Shown in pieces: positions 47,077-56,090 of a stretch of DNA of 64,000 bases; the first letter of the stretch is position 1, and the number at the start of each line of letters is the position of its first letter. The DNA comes from a bacterium (GTDB lineage: Bacteria; Patescibacteriota; Microgenomatia; Daviesbacterales; UBA10151). The notes beneath the pieces were generated by a model. It was given only the letters and a program-made list of their open reading frames with translations. It searched no databases and was not told the origin of the DNA. Both the position numbers and the translations under genes were made by a program. The stretch spans positions 31,370 to 95,369 of the forward strand of contig JAJYNN010000002.1 in the NCBI GenBank assembly GCA_021786315.1. Direction: 5' to 3'.

Positions 47077-47691
47077 ATGCCCAAGTTCTTTACCAGGAAA
47101 CCTTCGCTAAAAGAAGAAACAATCCCTGAAGCTGTCAAGCTGCAAACTGAGCCTATTAAAGAAGAAAAGCCACTTCCGGAAACCGAGGATGAAACTTACC
47201 TAATAAAAACCTATCTTAGCTGGACAGCCCCTTCCCGTCCTTTTCGGAAAAAAGACCGCTCCTATTACACCACTATTGCTATCATTGTCATTTTGTTAGC
47301 CTTAATTTTGCTTTTAGCCAAAGAAATTTTGCTAATTGGGGCGATTTTAGCAGCAGCCTTTGTGGCTTATGTGTTAGCTTTTGTGCCCCCTGATGATGTG
47401 GAATATAAAATTTCTTCCCAAGGGGTAACCATTGGAGGACATTTTTATTTTTGGAATCATCTGGATAGCTTTTGGTTTGCTGAGAAAGAAGGGCAGAGGA
47501 TTTTACACATCCTAACCCATTTAAAGTTTCCCGGAGAATTAATGTTGGTTTTGGGGGGACAGGATGAGGAAGAAATTAAAAAAGTTGTGGCCAGGTTTTT
47601 GCCGTTTCATGAAATTGCCCCCAAAAGTTTGATGGAAAAGTGGGGTGATTCGCTGCAAAAACATTTTCCCCTAGAAAATCCTCACCGATAA
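47077..47691 (+). CDS. Conserved hypothetical membrane protein
   Basis: W.APSRPFRKKDR, two TMs, YKISSQGV....Y.W..L.SFWF. Confidence 0.75.
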   Translation: MPKFFTRKPSLKEETIPEAVKLQTEPIKEEKPLPETEDETYLIKTYLSWTAPSRPFRKKDRSYYTTIAIIVILLALILLLAKEILLIGAILAAAFVAYVLAFVPPDDVEYKISSQGVTIGGHFYFWNHLDSFWFAEKEGQRILHILTHLKFPGELMLVLGGQDEEEIKKVVARFLPFHEIAPKSLMEKWGDSLQKHFPLENPHR

Positions 47692-47734
47692 GTATTAGAT
47701 TCTAGGTTCCAGTTGTTGTAAAATTCACCTGTAT

Positions 47735-47806
47735 GCCCTCGTAGGCTAATGGATAGACCACGAGATTGCGGATCTTGATATGTGGGTTCGATTCCCGCCG
47801 AGGGCA
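47735..47806 (+). tRNA. tRNA-Arg(GCG)
   Basis: GCCCTCG/CGAGGGC, CGAGA-TTGCGGA-TCTTG, GGTTCGATTCC. Confidence 0.9.
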
Positions 47807-47836
47807 CAAACAAACAAAGTGTGGTTTGTGCACGAA

Positions 47837-47891
47837 GGGGAACAGGATCTTTGACGAAGTCAAAGTAGCCCTAATCCCGCCGAGCGCGCCA
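47837..47891 (+). pseudogene. tRNA-Arg-like 3' fragment carrying CTAC/GATC hairpin motif copy 3
   Basis: ACAGGATC-TTTGAC-GAA-GTCAAA-GTAGCCCT fused to AATCCCGCCGAGCGCGCCA. Confidence 0.7.
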
Positions 47892-47897
47892 AGTTTT

Positions 47898-47985
47898 GGA
47901 GGTGGGGTTGCATAATCCGCCAGGTGACGGATTGCGATAGTTCCACTGCTTCGCAGTGTGTAACTATCTAATGCGGCCTAGATAA
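47898..47985 (+). pseudogene. tRNA-Ser-like 5' fragment with two hairpins inserted in the D-loop
   Basis: GGAG..GGGGTTGCATA [insert] TCTAATGCGGC resembles GGAGGGGTCGCATAGTGGTCTAGTGCGGC. Confidence 0.6.
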
Positions 47986-47988
47986 TTT

Positions 47989-48074
47989 GGAGGGTTGTCC
48001 GAGTGGTTTATGGAGATTGTTTCGAAAACAATTGGTGCGAAAGCGCCGCGCAGGTTCGAATCCTGCACCCTCCG
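47989..48074 (+). tRNA. tRNA-Ser(CGA)
   Basis: GGAGGGT/ACCCTCC, ATTGT-TTCGAAA-ACAAT, long variable arm. Confidence 0.92.
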
Positions 48075-48079
48075 CACTT

Positions 48080-48170
48080 GCCTTCGTAGGCTAATGGATG
48101 AAGGAGTAAAGCTCCTTCCGATAGTTCCACTGCTTTGCAGTGTATAACTATCTAATGGCCACGAGATAAT
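48080..48170 (+). pseudogene. tRNA-Arg(GCG)-like 5' fragment with two hairpins inserted in the D-loop
   Basis: GCCTTCGTAGGCTAATGGAT [insert] GCCACGAGAT versus the intact GCCCTCGTAGGCTAATGGATAGACCACGAGAT. Confidence 0.75.
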
Positions 48171-48243
48171 GTGCCCGTGGCGCAATGGATAGCGCATCAG
48201 ATTCCGGATCTGAGGGTTGGAGGTTCGAATCCTCTCGGGCACG
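48171..48243 (+). tRNA. tRNA-Arg(CCG)
   Basis: GTGCCCG/CGGGCAC, TCAGA-TTCCGGA-TCTGA. Confidence 0.95.
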
Positions 48244-48250
48244 CTTTAAA

Positions 48251-48676
48251 ATGACAAGAGAATTTTCTGCAGGCGGAATAGTTTTTAATACTTCTGGGCA
48301 AGTCCTGCTTATTTGTGCTTCAGCCATGAAGGAACCGGAGAAAAAGCATTGGGGTTTTCCTAAAGGTAATGTCGGAGAAGGGGAGAGCATGAAGGAAGCG
48401 GCTTTACGCGAGGTGAGAGAGGAATCCGGAGTGGAGGCAGAAATTACCGCCAAAGTGGGAGACTCTAAGTATGTTTATACCCGGCCTTGCAGTGGGGAGA
48501 AGGTTTTTAAAGTGGTGAGTATTTTTTTAATGAAATATCTCTCCGGAGATACCAAAGATCATGATTGGGAAGTGGAAGATGTTGGATGGTTCGAACCGGA
48601 AGAAGCTTTAAAAACACTGAGTTTTTCCCAGGATAAGCTTTTATTAAAGAAGGCTTTGGAGATATATGGCCAGTAA
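48251..48676 (+). CDS. NUDIX hydrolase (Ap4A-hydrolase-like)
   Basis: SAGGIV, WGFPKG...GESMKEAALREVREESG; start moved to the ATG after the tRNA. Confidence 0.9.
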   Translation: MTREFSAGGIVFNTSGQVLLICASAMKEPEKKHWGFPKGNVGEGESMKEAALREVREESGVEAEITAKVGDSKYVYTRPCSGEKVFKVVSIFLMKYLSGDTKDHDWEVEDVGWFEPEEALKTLSFSQDKLLLKKALEIYGQ

Positions 48677-49226
48677 TAACTTTGTCTCACGCGGGGGTGA
48701 AAAACTCCAGGCTGCTATTGAAAATTGGAAACTGAAAATTAAAAATTCAACTATTCTCGACGTCGGTTCCTCCACTGGTGGGTTTGTTGACTGTTTACTG
48801 CAAAACGGAGCGGCTAAAGTGTACTCAGTAGATACTTCTTATGGGGAATTAGCCTGGAAATTGCGTAATGACCCCCGGGTGGTGGTAATGGAAAGAACCA
48901 ATATCCTTCATCTGGAAAAATTACCGGAGAAAGTTGATTTAATTACTATTGATGCCGGCTGGACTAAGCTGGAACTGGTTTTACCAGTAGTTAAAAAGTT
49001 TCTAAAACCAGAAGGCGCAATTATTGCTCTACTGAAACCTCACTACGAAGCCCCGAAAAGTATTCTAGTTAAAGGGGTAGTACCTGAGGAGAAAGTAGAA
49101 AGTATTAAGGGGCAAGTATTAAAAGAGATTGAGGATTTAGAATTTAAAGTGGAAAAAGAAATGGAGTCTCCAATTTTAGGTGGTGGAGGAAATAAAGAAT
49201 ATTTATTACTTATTAGGTCTGATTAG
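48666..49226 (+). CDS. TlyA-like SAM-dependent RNA methyltransferase lacking the S4 domain
   Basis: FVSRGGEKL, LDVGSSTGGFVDCLLQNGA, LRNDPRV..MERTN, LKPHYE, GNKEYL. Confidence 0.88.
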   Translation: MASNNFVSRGGEKLQAAIENWKLKIKNSTILDVGSSTGGFVDCLLQNGAAKVYSVDTSYGELAWKLRNDPRVVVMERTNILHLEKLPEKVDLITIDAGWTKLELVLPVVKKFLKPEGAIIALLKPHYEAPKSILVKGVVPEEKVESIKGQVLKEIEDLEFKVEKEMESPILGGGGNKEYLLLIRSD

Positions 49227-49235
49227 ACTAAATTT

Positions 49236-49715
49236 TTATTTCGCTTTCAGTGCTTGATCTAAAATTTTGTGACAATCTACTGTGCTATAAAACTTTGCTT
49301 TTTTGGCGTTGTTAATGTCGAGCCACTCTGGATGCTCTATCTGTGATTTTTCGTAATCTTCTAAATATTCAAGAGAAGCGGTGCCTCCAATAACTTCACA
49401 TAAATAATAAATTAAAATTGATTGAACAAAGATGTCTTGGTCTGGAAACTTAAAAAAACAGTGCGTGCAGGTAACAAGTTTCCCCACTTTAATATCAAAC
49501 CCCGTTTCCTCTTTAACCTCTCTTATTAATGCTTCTTCAATAGTTTCACCGAGTTCTATGCCTCCACCTGGAAAGTTATAGCCACTCCATTGTTTAGAAA
49601 GAAGTACTTGATTATTTTTAATAATTATTCCGTAAACCGAGGGACGAAAAGAAAGTTTGTCGGAAGAAACTGTGAAAGTGGCTCCTGTGATATCTTTGCA
49701 AATTACTTGTTTCAT
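49236..49715 (-). CDS. NUDIX hydrolase
   Basis: FPGGGIELGETIEEALIREVKEETG; start at MKQVICKD because the longer ORF runs through a tRNA. Confidence 0.88.
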   Translation of the reverse strand: MKQVICKDITGATFTVSSDKLSFRPSVYGIIIKNNQVLLSKQWSGYNFPGGGIELGETIEEALIREVKEETGFDIKVGKLVTCTHCFFKFPDQDIFVQSILIYYLCEVIGGTASLEYLEDYEKSQIEHPEWLDINNAKKAKFYSTVDCHKILDQALKAK

Positions 49716-49719
49716 ATCA

Positions 49720-49768
49720 GCGGAGAGGGAGGGATGATTCTCTCCTCGCTTTGCTCGGAGTTGAACCC
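49720..49768 (-). pseudogene. Duplicated 3' end of tRNA-Ser(GGA) with a hairpin in the T-loop
   Basis: + strand GCGGAGAGGGAGGGAT [GATTCTCTCCTCGCTTTGCTCGGAG] TTGAACCC versus the intact GCGGAGAGGGAGGGATTTGAACCC. Confidence 0.8.
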
Positions 49769-49853
49769 GCTTCCTACTGTGTAGAGCGCAGATTCTCGGT
49801 CCCATTCCCTCAATATTTAAAAAACTCAACCATAAGGTTGGTTCTTTTAAATG

Positions 49854-49938
49854 CGGAGAGGGAGGGATTTGAACCCTCGATACCTTGCGGTATACGCGCT
49901 TTCCAAGCGCGCGCACTAGGCCACTATGCGACCTCTCC
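49854..49938 (-). tRNA. tRNA-Ser(GGA)
   Basis: GGAGAGG/CCTCTCC, CGCGC-TTGGAAA-GCGCG, long variable arm. Confidence 0.95.
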
Positions 49939-50081
49939 ATATGCTTTCTAAGCTTAGGTATTATACCTAGTTTAAGCTTTCCAGTCATCACCCCTTGATT
50001 TTTGGGTTTTTTTAGGATACAATCCGCCCAACAATCCCTTGTGGCCACCAAAATTGGGGCGATCGGGTGAATTGACAAACT

Positions 50082-51857
50082 ATGGATGATTTAGACCTCA
50101 TTAAACAAAAGATCAATATCGTTGATCTGATTTCCGAATATCTCCCTTTAAAAAAAGCCGGTGTTAACTTTAAGGCACCTTGTCCCTTTCATCAAGAAAA
50201 AACTCCTTCCTTTATGGTTTCCCCTGACCGGGGTATTTGGCATTGTTTTGGCTGCCAAAAAGGCGGGGACATCTTTAAGTTTTTAATGGAAAGGGAAGGG
50301 GTGGATTTTGCTGAAGCTTTAGAAATTTTGGCCAAAAGAGCCGGAGTGACTTTAAAAAGAAAAAACAGCAAAGAAAAAGACAAAAGGCAAAGACTTTTTG
50401 ACGCTAACTTAAAGGCAGTCCAATTTTACCACCATCTTTTAGTAAAACATCCTTTAGGTAAGGTGGCCTTAGAGTATCTGAAAAAGCGGGGATTAACTGA
50501 CCAAACTATTGAGGAATTTAATTTAGGGTATGCCCCCAACTCCTGGGAATCTTTGTCCGGTTTTTTAAAAAAACGTGGTTTTACTACCCAGGAGTTAATT
50601 GATTCCGGACTAGGGGTGGCCTCTAAAAGCGGCTGTTATGACCGTTTCCGGGGGCGGATTATGTTTCCCTTAATAGATATTAAGAGCCAGGTTATTGCTT
50701 TTGCCGGCCGGGTTTTAGACAAGAGTGAACCGAAGTACATTAATACCCCGCAAACAGCAATTTTTGATAAAAGCAATTTCCTTTTCGGGTTAAACCTTTC
50801 CAAAGGAGAGGTGAAGATTAAAAAACAGCTGATTTTAACCGAAGGGGAGATGGATATGATTATGTCTTACCAATCCGGGGTTAAAAATGTGGTGGCTTCC
50901 AAAGGGACCGCTTTAACCCAGGGGCAAGTTGAGCTTATTAAAAGACATGCCGACAACTTACTTTTATGTTTTGATATGGATTTGGCTGGGGATAGCGCCT
51001 CCCGGCGGGGGATTGAGATGGCTGACGCTGCCGGTTTAAACATTAAAGTTATCGAGATTCCGGAAGGTAAAGATCCGGCGGAGTTGGCCAGTAAAAATAT
51101 CGAACGTTGGCAGGAAGCGGTAGATCGCGCCGAGCCGATTTATGACTATTACTTAAGGTCGGTTTCTGCCCGTTACAACCCCAAAACTGCCGAGGGCAAA
51201 AGGAAAATTGCGGAAGAGATGATCCCGGTTTTAGGGAAGATTACTGATTCTTTTACCCGTGAGCACTATATCCAAAAGTTGGCGGCATTAATTTCTACCT
51301 CTGATGAGTTGTTAAGGAAAGAAATTGGACGCCAGGGGAATGCTCTTGCCCCTAAATTTACCACAGTTGTTAACTTGCCGGTCGATAAAACCCGGGCTAA
51401 TATCCGTTCCCGCCGCGATCTTTTGGAGGAATACTTAATGACTTTGCTTCTGAAAATTCCCTCCGATATTACCTTTGTCCCAAGTTTCCCGGAAACCCTG
51501 TTGTTGTCTGAAAATTTCCGCTCGATATATGTGATGTTAGTTCTCTATCTTGACAATATTTCATTTAAGGGCGAAAGTTTTAATATTGGCGATTTTGTTA
51601 AAACTTTACCTCCCGAACTTATACCTATAGTTGACAGGTTGTATTTATCCGAGATTGATGATAAATTATCAAGCTCGAGGGTCTGGGAAAAGGAAATTGA
51701 GACAGTTGTGGCAGAATTAAAGAAGGCTTTGATTAAGGCCTCCCTGGAAAAACTATCAGCTGAGATCAAATCAGCTCAAGCTTTTGACAAGATGGAGCTA
51801 CTGGAAACTTTAAACAGGCGTTTTCGGGACCTATCGGTGAAGTTAAAGAATTTATAA
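50082..51857 (+). CDS. dnaG: DNA primase
   Basis: CPFHQEKTPSF..HCFGC Zn domain, DRFRGRIMFP, PKYINTP, TEGEMD, FDMDLAG. Confidence 0.98.
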   Translation: MDDLDLIKQKINIVDLISEYLPLKKAGVNFKAPCPFHQEKTPSFMVSPDRGIWHCFGCQKGGDIFKFLMEREGVDFAEALEILAKRAGVTLKRKNSKEKDKRQRLFDANLKAVQFYHHLLVKHPLGKVALEYLKKRGLTDQTIEEFNLGYAPNSWESLSGFLKKRGFTTQELIDSGLGVASKSGCYDRFRGRIMFPLIDIKSQVIAFAGRVLDKSEPKYINTPQTAIFDKSNFLFGLNLSKGEVKIKKQLILTEGEMDMIMSYQSGVKNVVASKGTALTQGQVELIKRHADNLLLCFDMDLAGDSASRRGIEMADAAGLNIKVIEIPEGKDPAELASKNIERWQEAVDRAEPIYDYYLRSVSARYNPKTAEGKRKIAEEMIPVLGKITDSFTREHYIQKLAALISTSDELLRKEIGRQGNALAPKFTTVVNLPVDKTRANIRSRRDLLEEYLMTLLLKIPSDITFVPSFPETLLLSENFRSIYVMLVLYLDNISFKGESFNIGDFVKTLPPELIPIVDRLYLSEIDDKLSSSRVWEKEIETVVAELKKALIKASLEKLSAEIKSAQAFDKMELLETLNRRFRDLSVKLKNL

Positions 51858-51875
51858 TTTATGAACGAAGTGAAG

Positions 51876-51921
51876 AAATTACAGGATCGTTTTAACAAAG
51901 TTAAAAGGTAGCCCTATAAAT
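51876..51921 (-). repeat. CTAC/GATC hairpin motif, copy 4 (abuts the rpoD ATG, opposite orientation)
   Basis: + strand AAATTACAGGATCG-TTTTAAC-AAA-GTTAAAA-GGTAGCCCTATAAAT-ATG. Confidence 0.85.
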
Positions 51922-53010
51922 ATGGCACGAGCAAAAGACACACAACTTGATGATAAAAAATTATTAAAACTCGGACACGAGCGGGGTTTTGTGACCCAGG
52001 AAGAGATCTTACAGGTATTCCCCAAACCGGAAGAAAATATTGAGGCCCTTGATGATTTCTATCTAAAGCTCATTGAAGCTGAAGTTGATGTTTTTGAAAC
52101 TACTGCGGAAGAGGTGGCCGAATCCGAAAAATCTTCCACAGATTTGGAAAAAGAGCTGGAAATGCTGGCTTCTTTGGAGGAAGGGTCGGTAACCGACCCC
52201 GTCCGCCAATATTTACGTGAGATTGGAAGAGTTTCCCTGCTCACGGCTGACGAAGAGATTGAACTGGCCAAAAGAGCGGAAAAGGGTGAGCAGCGGGCTA
52301 AGGACAAATTAATCTCCGCTAACTTAAGGCTGGTTGTTTCCATTGCTAAAAAGTATGTTGGCCGCGGTATGAGCCTTTTGGACTTGATTGAAGAGGGGAA
52401 TATGGGTTTGATGAGGGCGGTGGAAAAATATGACTGGAAACGGGGGTTTAAGTTTTCCACTTATGCTACCTGGTGGATCAGGCAGGCTATTACCCGGGCC
52501 CTGGCTGACCAGGCCCGGACTATCCGGATTCCTGTCCATATGGTGGAAACAATTAACCGTTTCAACCGGGCCCAAAGAAAATTAATGCAGGACCTGGGAC
52601 GAGAGCCGACTCCGGAAGAGGTTGCTAAAGAGCTGGGGATTGATGCGGCTAAAGCCCGGGAGATTATTAAAGTTTCCCAGGAGCCAACCTCACTTGCCAC
52701 TAAAGTAGGGGATGAAGAGGATTCGGAATTGGGTGATTTTATTGAAGCTCCGGGATTAAAACCGGATGAGCAGGCAACCCGGGCTTTACTTCGTGGTCAT
52801 CTTGATGAAGTATTAGATTCACTTTCCCCGAGAGAGAAGAGGGTTTTGCAGCTGCGGTTTGGTTTAGAGGACGGAAAACAAAGAACTCTGGAAGAGGTAG
52901 GAAAAGAGTTTGGTGTAACCCGTGAACGTATCCGCCAGATCGAGGCGAAGGCAATTCGGAAACTTCGTCATCCCACCCGCGCCAAGAAACTCCGCGACTA
53001 TTTAGAGTAA
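51922..53010 (+). CDS. rpoD: Primary sigma factor RpoD/SigA
   Basis: [49 protein letters not shown]. Confidence 0.99.
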   Translation: MARAKDTQLDDKKLLKLGHERGFVTQEEILQVFPKPEENIEALDDFYLKLIEAEVDVFETTAEEVAESEKSSTDLEKELEMLASLEEGSVTDPVRQYLREIGRVSLLTADEEIELAKRAEKGEQRAKDKLISANLRLVVSIAKKYVGRGMSLLDLIEEGNMGLMRAVEKYDWKRGFKFSTYATWWIRQAITRALADQARTIRIPVHMVETINRFNRAQRKLMQDLGREPTPEEVAKELGIDAAKAREIIKVSQEPTSLATKVGDEEDSELGDFIEAPGLKPDEQATRALLRGHLDEVLDSLSPREKRVLQLRFGLEDGKQRTLEEVGKEFGVTRERIRQIEAKAIRKLRHPTRAKKLRDYLE

Positions 53011-53061
53011 TTTCCTATTCCAGCTTTGACTAAAAGCTTATAGTTTGATAAAATTATCTGC

Positions 53062-53313
53062 ATGAGTGAAATTTATAAGGCGATTCTATCGGCCAGAGCT
53101 GCTGCTGAGATAAGGCAAAGTACTGCCAAAGTTGCCGGGGATAATGTTGAAACTATTGATGTTACGGATTTTGGAAATGGGATTAAAGTAGTGGCTGACA
53201 AAAAGGGAATTCGGGTTGTCCGAGACGTAAAACCCACCAGTAACAATATTCTTTCCTCTAAGACAGAAAAACCAGTTGATTTCTGGGATGATGTGGTTAA
53301 GAAAAATATCTAA
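53062..53313 (+). CDS. Hypothetical protein
   Basis: 83-aa ORF preceded by TGnTAAAAT 7 nt upstream of the ATG. Confidence 0.55.
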   Translation: MSEIYKAILSARAAAEIRQSTAKVAGDNVETIDVTDFGNGIKVVADKKGIRVVRDVKPTSNNILSSKTEKPVDFWDDVVKKNI

Positions 53314-53600
53314 CTTTTTGCCCAGCGGTTATATAACCAGGCAAAAAAGAAACCGCTTATCCAGGTTGTGATCCCGGTGACTACCAAAGCAACTAGTAAA
53401 GATTGGATAGTGTGGGTTGGCTGGAAAAAGGAAGCCACATCGGCCCCCAAAGAAAGAGAGTTCATTAAAAAGTTGTAGGCATCAGTGGAAATCCGGAAAA
53501 TGATCCAGCAAATTAGGTAGGCGGCAACGGTAACGGCGGTTAAGGCATTGGCCAAAGGAATAGGTTTTAACATCTTTCTCACCTCCTCTTTATTTATCAT
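53310..53600 (-). CDS. Small membrane protein (DUF5676-like)
   Basis: YLIC in the first TM, C-terminal GFFFAWLYN; may start at MLKPIP. Confidence 0.65.
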   Translation of the reverse strand: MINKEEVRKMLKPIPLANALTAVTVAAYLICWIIFRISTDAYNFLMNSLSLGADVASFFQPTHTIQSLLVALVVTGITTWISGFFFAWLYNRWAKS

Positions 53601-53676
53601 AAAGTAAGTTTTTGAGTTTGTCCAAAGGGTGGATTTCGGACTTTTTAGATGGTAAAATTCCTGAGTACATTAATAT

Positions 53677-53748
53677 TCCTCGGTAGCTCAATGGTAGAGC
53701 GGATCCCTGTTAAGGATAAGGTTCTAGGTTCGAGTCCTAGCCGAGGAG
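53677..53748 (+). tRNA. tRNA-Asn(GTT)
   Basis: TCCTCGG/CCGAGGA, loop CTGTTAA, GGTTCGAGTCC. Confidence 0.93.
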
Positions 53749-53822
53749 CTGAAATTTGTTATTATAACCAACCTTATTGTCAGAATTTAGCTTCTAGTCA
53801 CCTGGTTCTGTTCTATAAGTTT

Positions 53823-54341
53823 ATGAAGAAACAAGAATTGCAAAAACTCCACGAGCTTGAATATGCTCAATTTTTTATCGACTGGTTTAACGGTAAATAT
53901 GGTCTAGATTATAAAGTATTGCCAAATAAGGAAGAGTATTCAGATACTGACATTTTTGCTGATTCTGATACTCAAGAACAGCTACTGTTGCAAAATGTTA
54001 CTTCCGGGGGAGAAATGTTAGAGCTGGCTCATGTAAGCGCAGGACAAATACAAAGAGGAGAACAAATTAATGCCATGCAAGTAAGACCATTAGAGTGGAT
54101 CTCAAAGTCGATTGATGATAAAGAGAAAAAATACGGGAATTTAGCACAAAGTTTAATGTTGTTAGTTGAAGGATTCTTGCCGGTACCTTCACCAGAAGAA
54201 ATAAGTGGATTGTCTGCAAAATATAAGGATTCGAAATTTAAAGCTATTTTTTATGTTTCACCACCCGTATTGTCATCCACAAGAGAAGAATATGAAGAAA
54301 AAGGTTATGTATATCCTATTAAGGGCTTTAGGGTGAGCTAG
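53823..54341 (+). CDS. Hypothetical protein, possibly restriction-endonuclease-like fold
   Basis: Start at MKKQEL; E..F...SDTDIFA...LLQNV...KEKKY pattern; AT-rich. Confidence 0.6.
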   Translation: MKKQELQKLHELEYAQFFIDWFNGKYGLDYKVLPNKEEYSDTDIFADSDTQEQLLLQNVTSGGEMLELAHVSAGQIQRGEQINAMQVRPLEWISKSIDDKEKKYGNLAQSLMLLVEGFLPVPSPEEISGLSAKYKDSKFKAIFYVSPPVLSSTREEYEEKGYVYPIKGFRVS

Positions 54342-54416
54342 CACTTAGGGGTATAATGTTTCAAGGGATGGGGGGCAAAACTATTTTAATCTTGCTCAAA
54401 TATTTGCTATACTGTT

Positions 54417-54857
54417 TTGGTGAGTGTAATTAAAGGTTTAGTTGTCCTAGTAATTCTTGCAGTTTTAGGCTTTGGTTATTACCAGTTTTCTGCCAATAAA
54501 CAAACTGCAAATACCCCAACCCCTTCACCCACAGCTGTGCCTACCCAAACAACCCAGGAAACTGTTACCCCGACTTCATACCCCGATACCAAGTCCGCTA
54601 TTGCCGCTTTTTTGGCTAATAAATATCAAAAACCGGTGTCTGAAGTAAAGGTTACTGTGGATAAAGAAGTCCCGGGGTTTGCTTCGGGCACTGTTTCATT
54701 TGGTAATGGCGGACCCGGGGAGGTGGGTGCCTGGCTGGCTGTTTTAGGTAATGGCTGGAATGTGGTTTGGGACGGTAATGGTAATGTTGACTGTAATAAA
54801 ATGCGGAAAGATTATGGTTTCCCGGACACCATCTTAAAACCCAATTTCTGCAATTAG
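54417..54857 (+). CDS. Exported protein with a Pro/Thr linker
   Basis: N-terminal anchor, PTPSPT linker, GW.VVWDGNG..DC...FP...C. Confidence 0.75.
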   Translation: MVSVIKGLVVLVILAVLGFGYYQFSANKQTANTPTPSPTAVPTQTTQETVTPTSYPDTKSAIAAFLANKYQKPVSEVKVTVDKEVPGFASGTVSFGNGGPGEVGAWLAVLGNGWNVVWDGNGNVDCNKMRKDYGFPDTILKPNFCN

Positions 54858-54860
54858 AAT

Positions 54861-55025
54861 ATGAAGTTTAAAAAGCTGTTAATGCTTTTAATTGTATTTC
54901 TGCTTTTGGCTATTAGTTTTCTCGCCTTTCATGATATTTTTGAAAGACACACTCTTCGTGACTGGCTAACCCTTACAGCTTCAATTCTGGTTTTTCTTTA
55001 TTTTGTGAAAGAATCGAAGAAATAG
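54861..55025 (+). CDS. 54-aa two-TM protein (not in the ORF track)
   Basis: Manual translation MKFKKLLMLLIVFLLLAISFLAFHDIFERHTLRDWLTLTASILVFLYFVKESKK. Confidence 0.6.
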   Translation: MKFKKLLMLLIVFLLLAISFLAFHDIFERHTLRDWLTLTASILVFLYFVKESKK

Positions 55026-55035
55026 TTTCCTAAAA

Positions 55036-55575
55036 TTATTCTTTACAGCAATCAATGGCTTTTTGGACAACTGAGCCGAGTTTATCAAAGACGGAAACGG
55101 AAGCAATTTTGGCTGATTTTTCATCAATTAAATTGACTTCATGACTCACTCTTTTACTGTCTTTTAAATTAACCAGCTTTAAATTGATACCCCAAAAGAG
55201 GGAGTAGAGTTTGTAGGCTTTGGAAAATAAGTCCCAGGCCTTTTTCTTGTTGCCGGAACCTAATTCCTTAGTTCCTACCTCCATTAATCTCATGGAGGAG
55301 GCTAAAAGGTGCTTACTGATGCACCAAACCTCGCCCTCATATTCGGTGATAATTTCCTGGAGCAACTCTTTGCGCATCTGCCGGACCTCGTTTAGAAGAT
55401 CCAAATAGCCGTCTTTGCCGGTTTTTTGGGAGGTGTAGAAGAGGTGTTCCTCAATTGCCACCAGGTTCATAATGGCGATGGACAAATCCTCATCAGAGGA
55501 AAGGTCCAGCTTTTTTTCTTTAGTTACCTTTTCGACCTTCTCTAATAACTTTTTAACGTCTTCTTCCTGTTTCAT
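55036..55575 (-). CDS. Conserved hypothetical helical protein
   Basis: DEDLSIAIMNLVAIEEHL, WCISKHLL, C-terminal DCCKE. Confidence 0.75.
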   Translation of the reverse strand: MKQEEDVKKLLEKVEKVTKEKKLDLSSDEDLSIAIMNLVAIEEHLFYTSQKTGKDGYLDLLNEVRQMRKELLQEIITEYEGEVWCISKHLLASSMRLMEVGTKELGSGNKKKAWDLFSKAYKLYSLFWGINLKLVNLKDSKRVSHEVNLIDEKSAKIASVSVFDKLGSVVQKAIDCCKE

Positions 55576-55577
55576 AA

Positions 55578-56090
55578 TTATTTACTTAAGAGATACATGG
55601 CCAAACTGCCCAAGGCTAAAGCCGCAACCGGAAAGACCACTTTTTGGTAAAGGAAAAATTGGTGCCCGGCAGCCTTGCGGACTTGTTTATCCAAATTCAT
55701 TCCCAAAAGAAAGACTAAGGATCCGACAATTGTGCCAAAGACTAGTTTATCGACACCGTAAATAGTGTTAAAAGGATGGCCGATGATTTTACTAAACCAT
55801 AAAGGCAGCAAAACAATTAAAAACATAAACACAACAGAAAGGAGGGAAAGATAAGAGTTTAAAGAGGGGAGCAACTTTCTTTTTTGTGCCCAGGAAGACA
55901 GCCAGAAAGAGGAGGAGAGGATTAACCCGCCGACCCAAACTCCGGAAACGGTATCATCAACCCCCAAATACCGGGCCAGACCCAATCCGGCTCCAACGGC
56001 GACGGTGCAAACCGGACAAACGGCGTGAACAGGAGTAGTAAGTATTAAGTAGAAAGTATTAAGGGATAGAAAAGCAACTGTCTTTCTCAT
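55578..56090 (-). CDS. Membrane protein with a CxxC motif
   Basis: HAVCPVCTVAVGAGLGL..LGVDD..GVWVGG, about 4-5 TMs, F.YQKVVFP. Confidence 0.8.
   Translation of the reverse strand: MRKTVAFLSLNTFYLILTTPVHAVCPVCTVAVGAGLGLARYLGVDDTVSGVWVGGLILSSSFWLSSWAQKRKLLPSLNSYLSLLSVVFMFLIVLLPLWFSKIIGHPFNTIYGVDKLVFGTIVGSLVFLLGMNLDKQVRKAAGHQFFLYQKVVFPVAALALGSLAMYLLSK

Noticed and set aside
49716-50078. N-terminal extension of the 280-aa NUDIX ORF (likewise 48185-48250 and 53649-53822)
   Set aside because: These extensions read through tRNA genes; the downstream ATG starts are more plausible.
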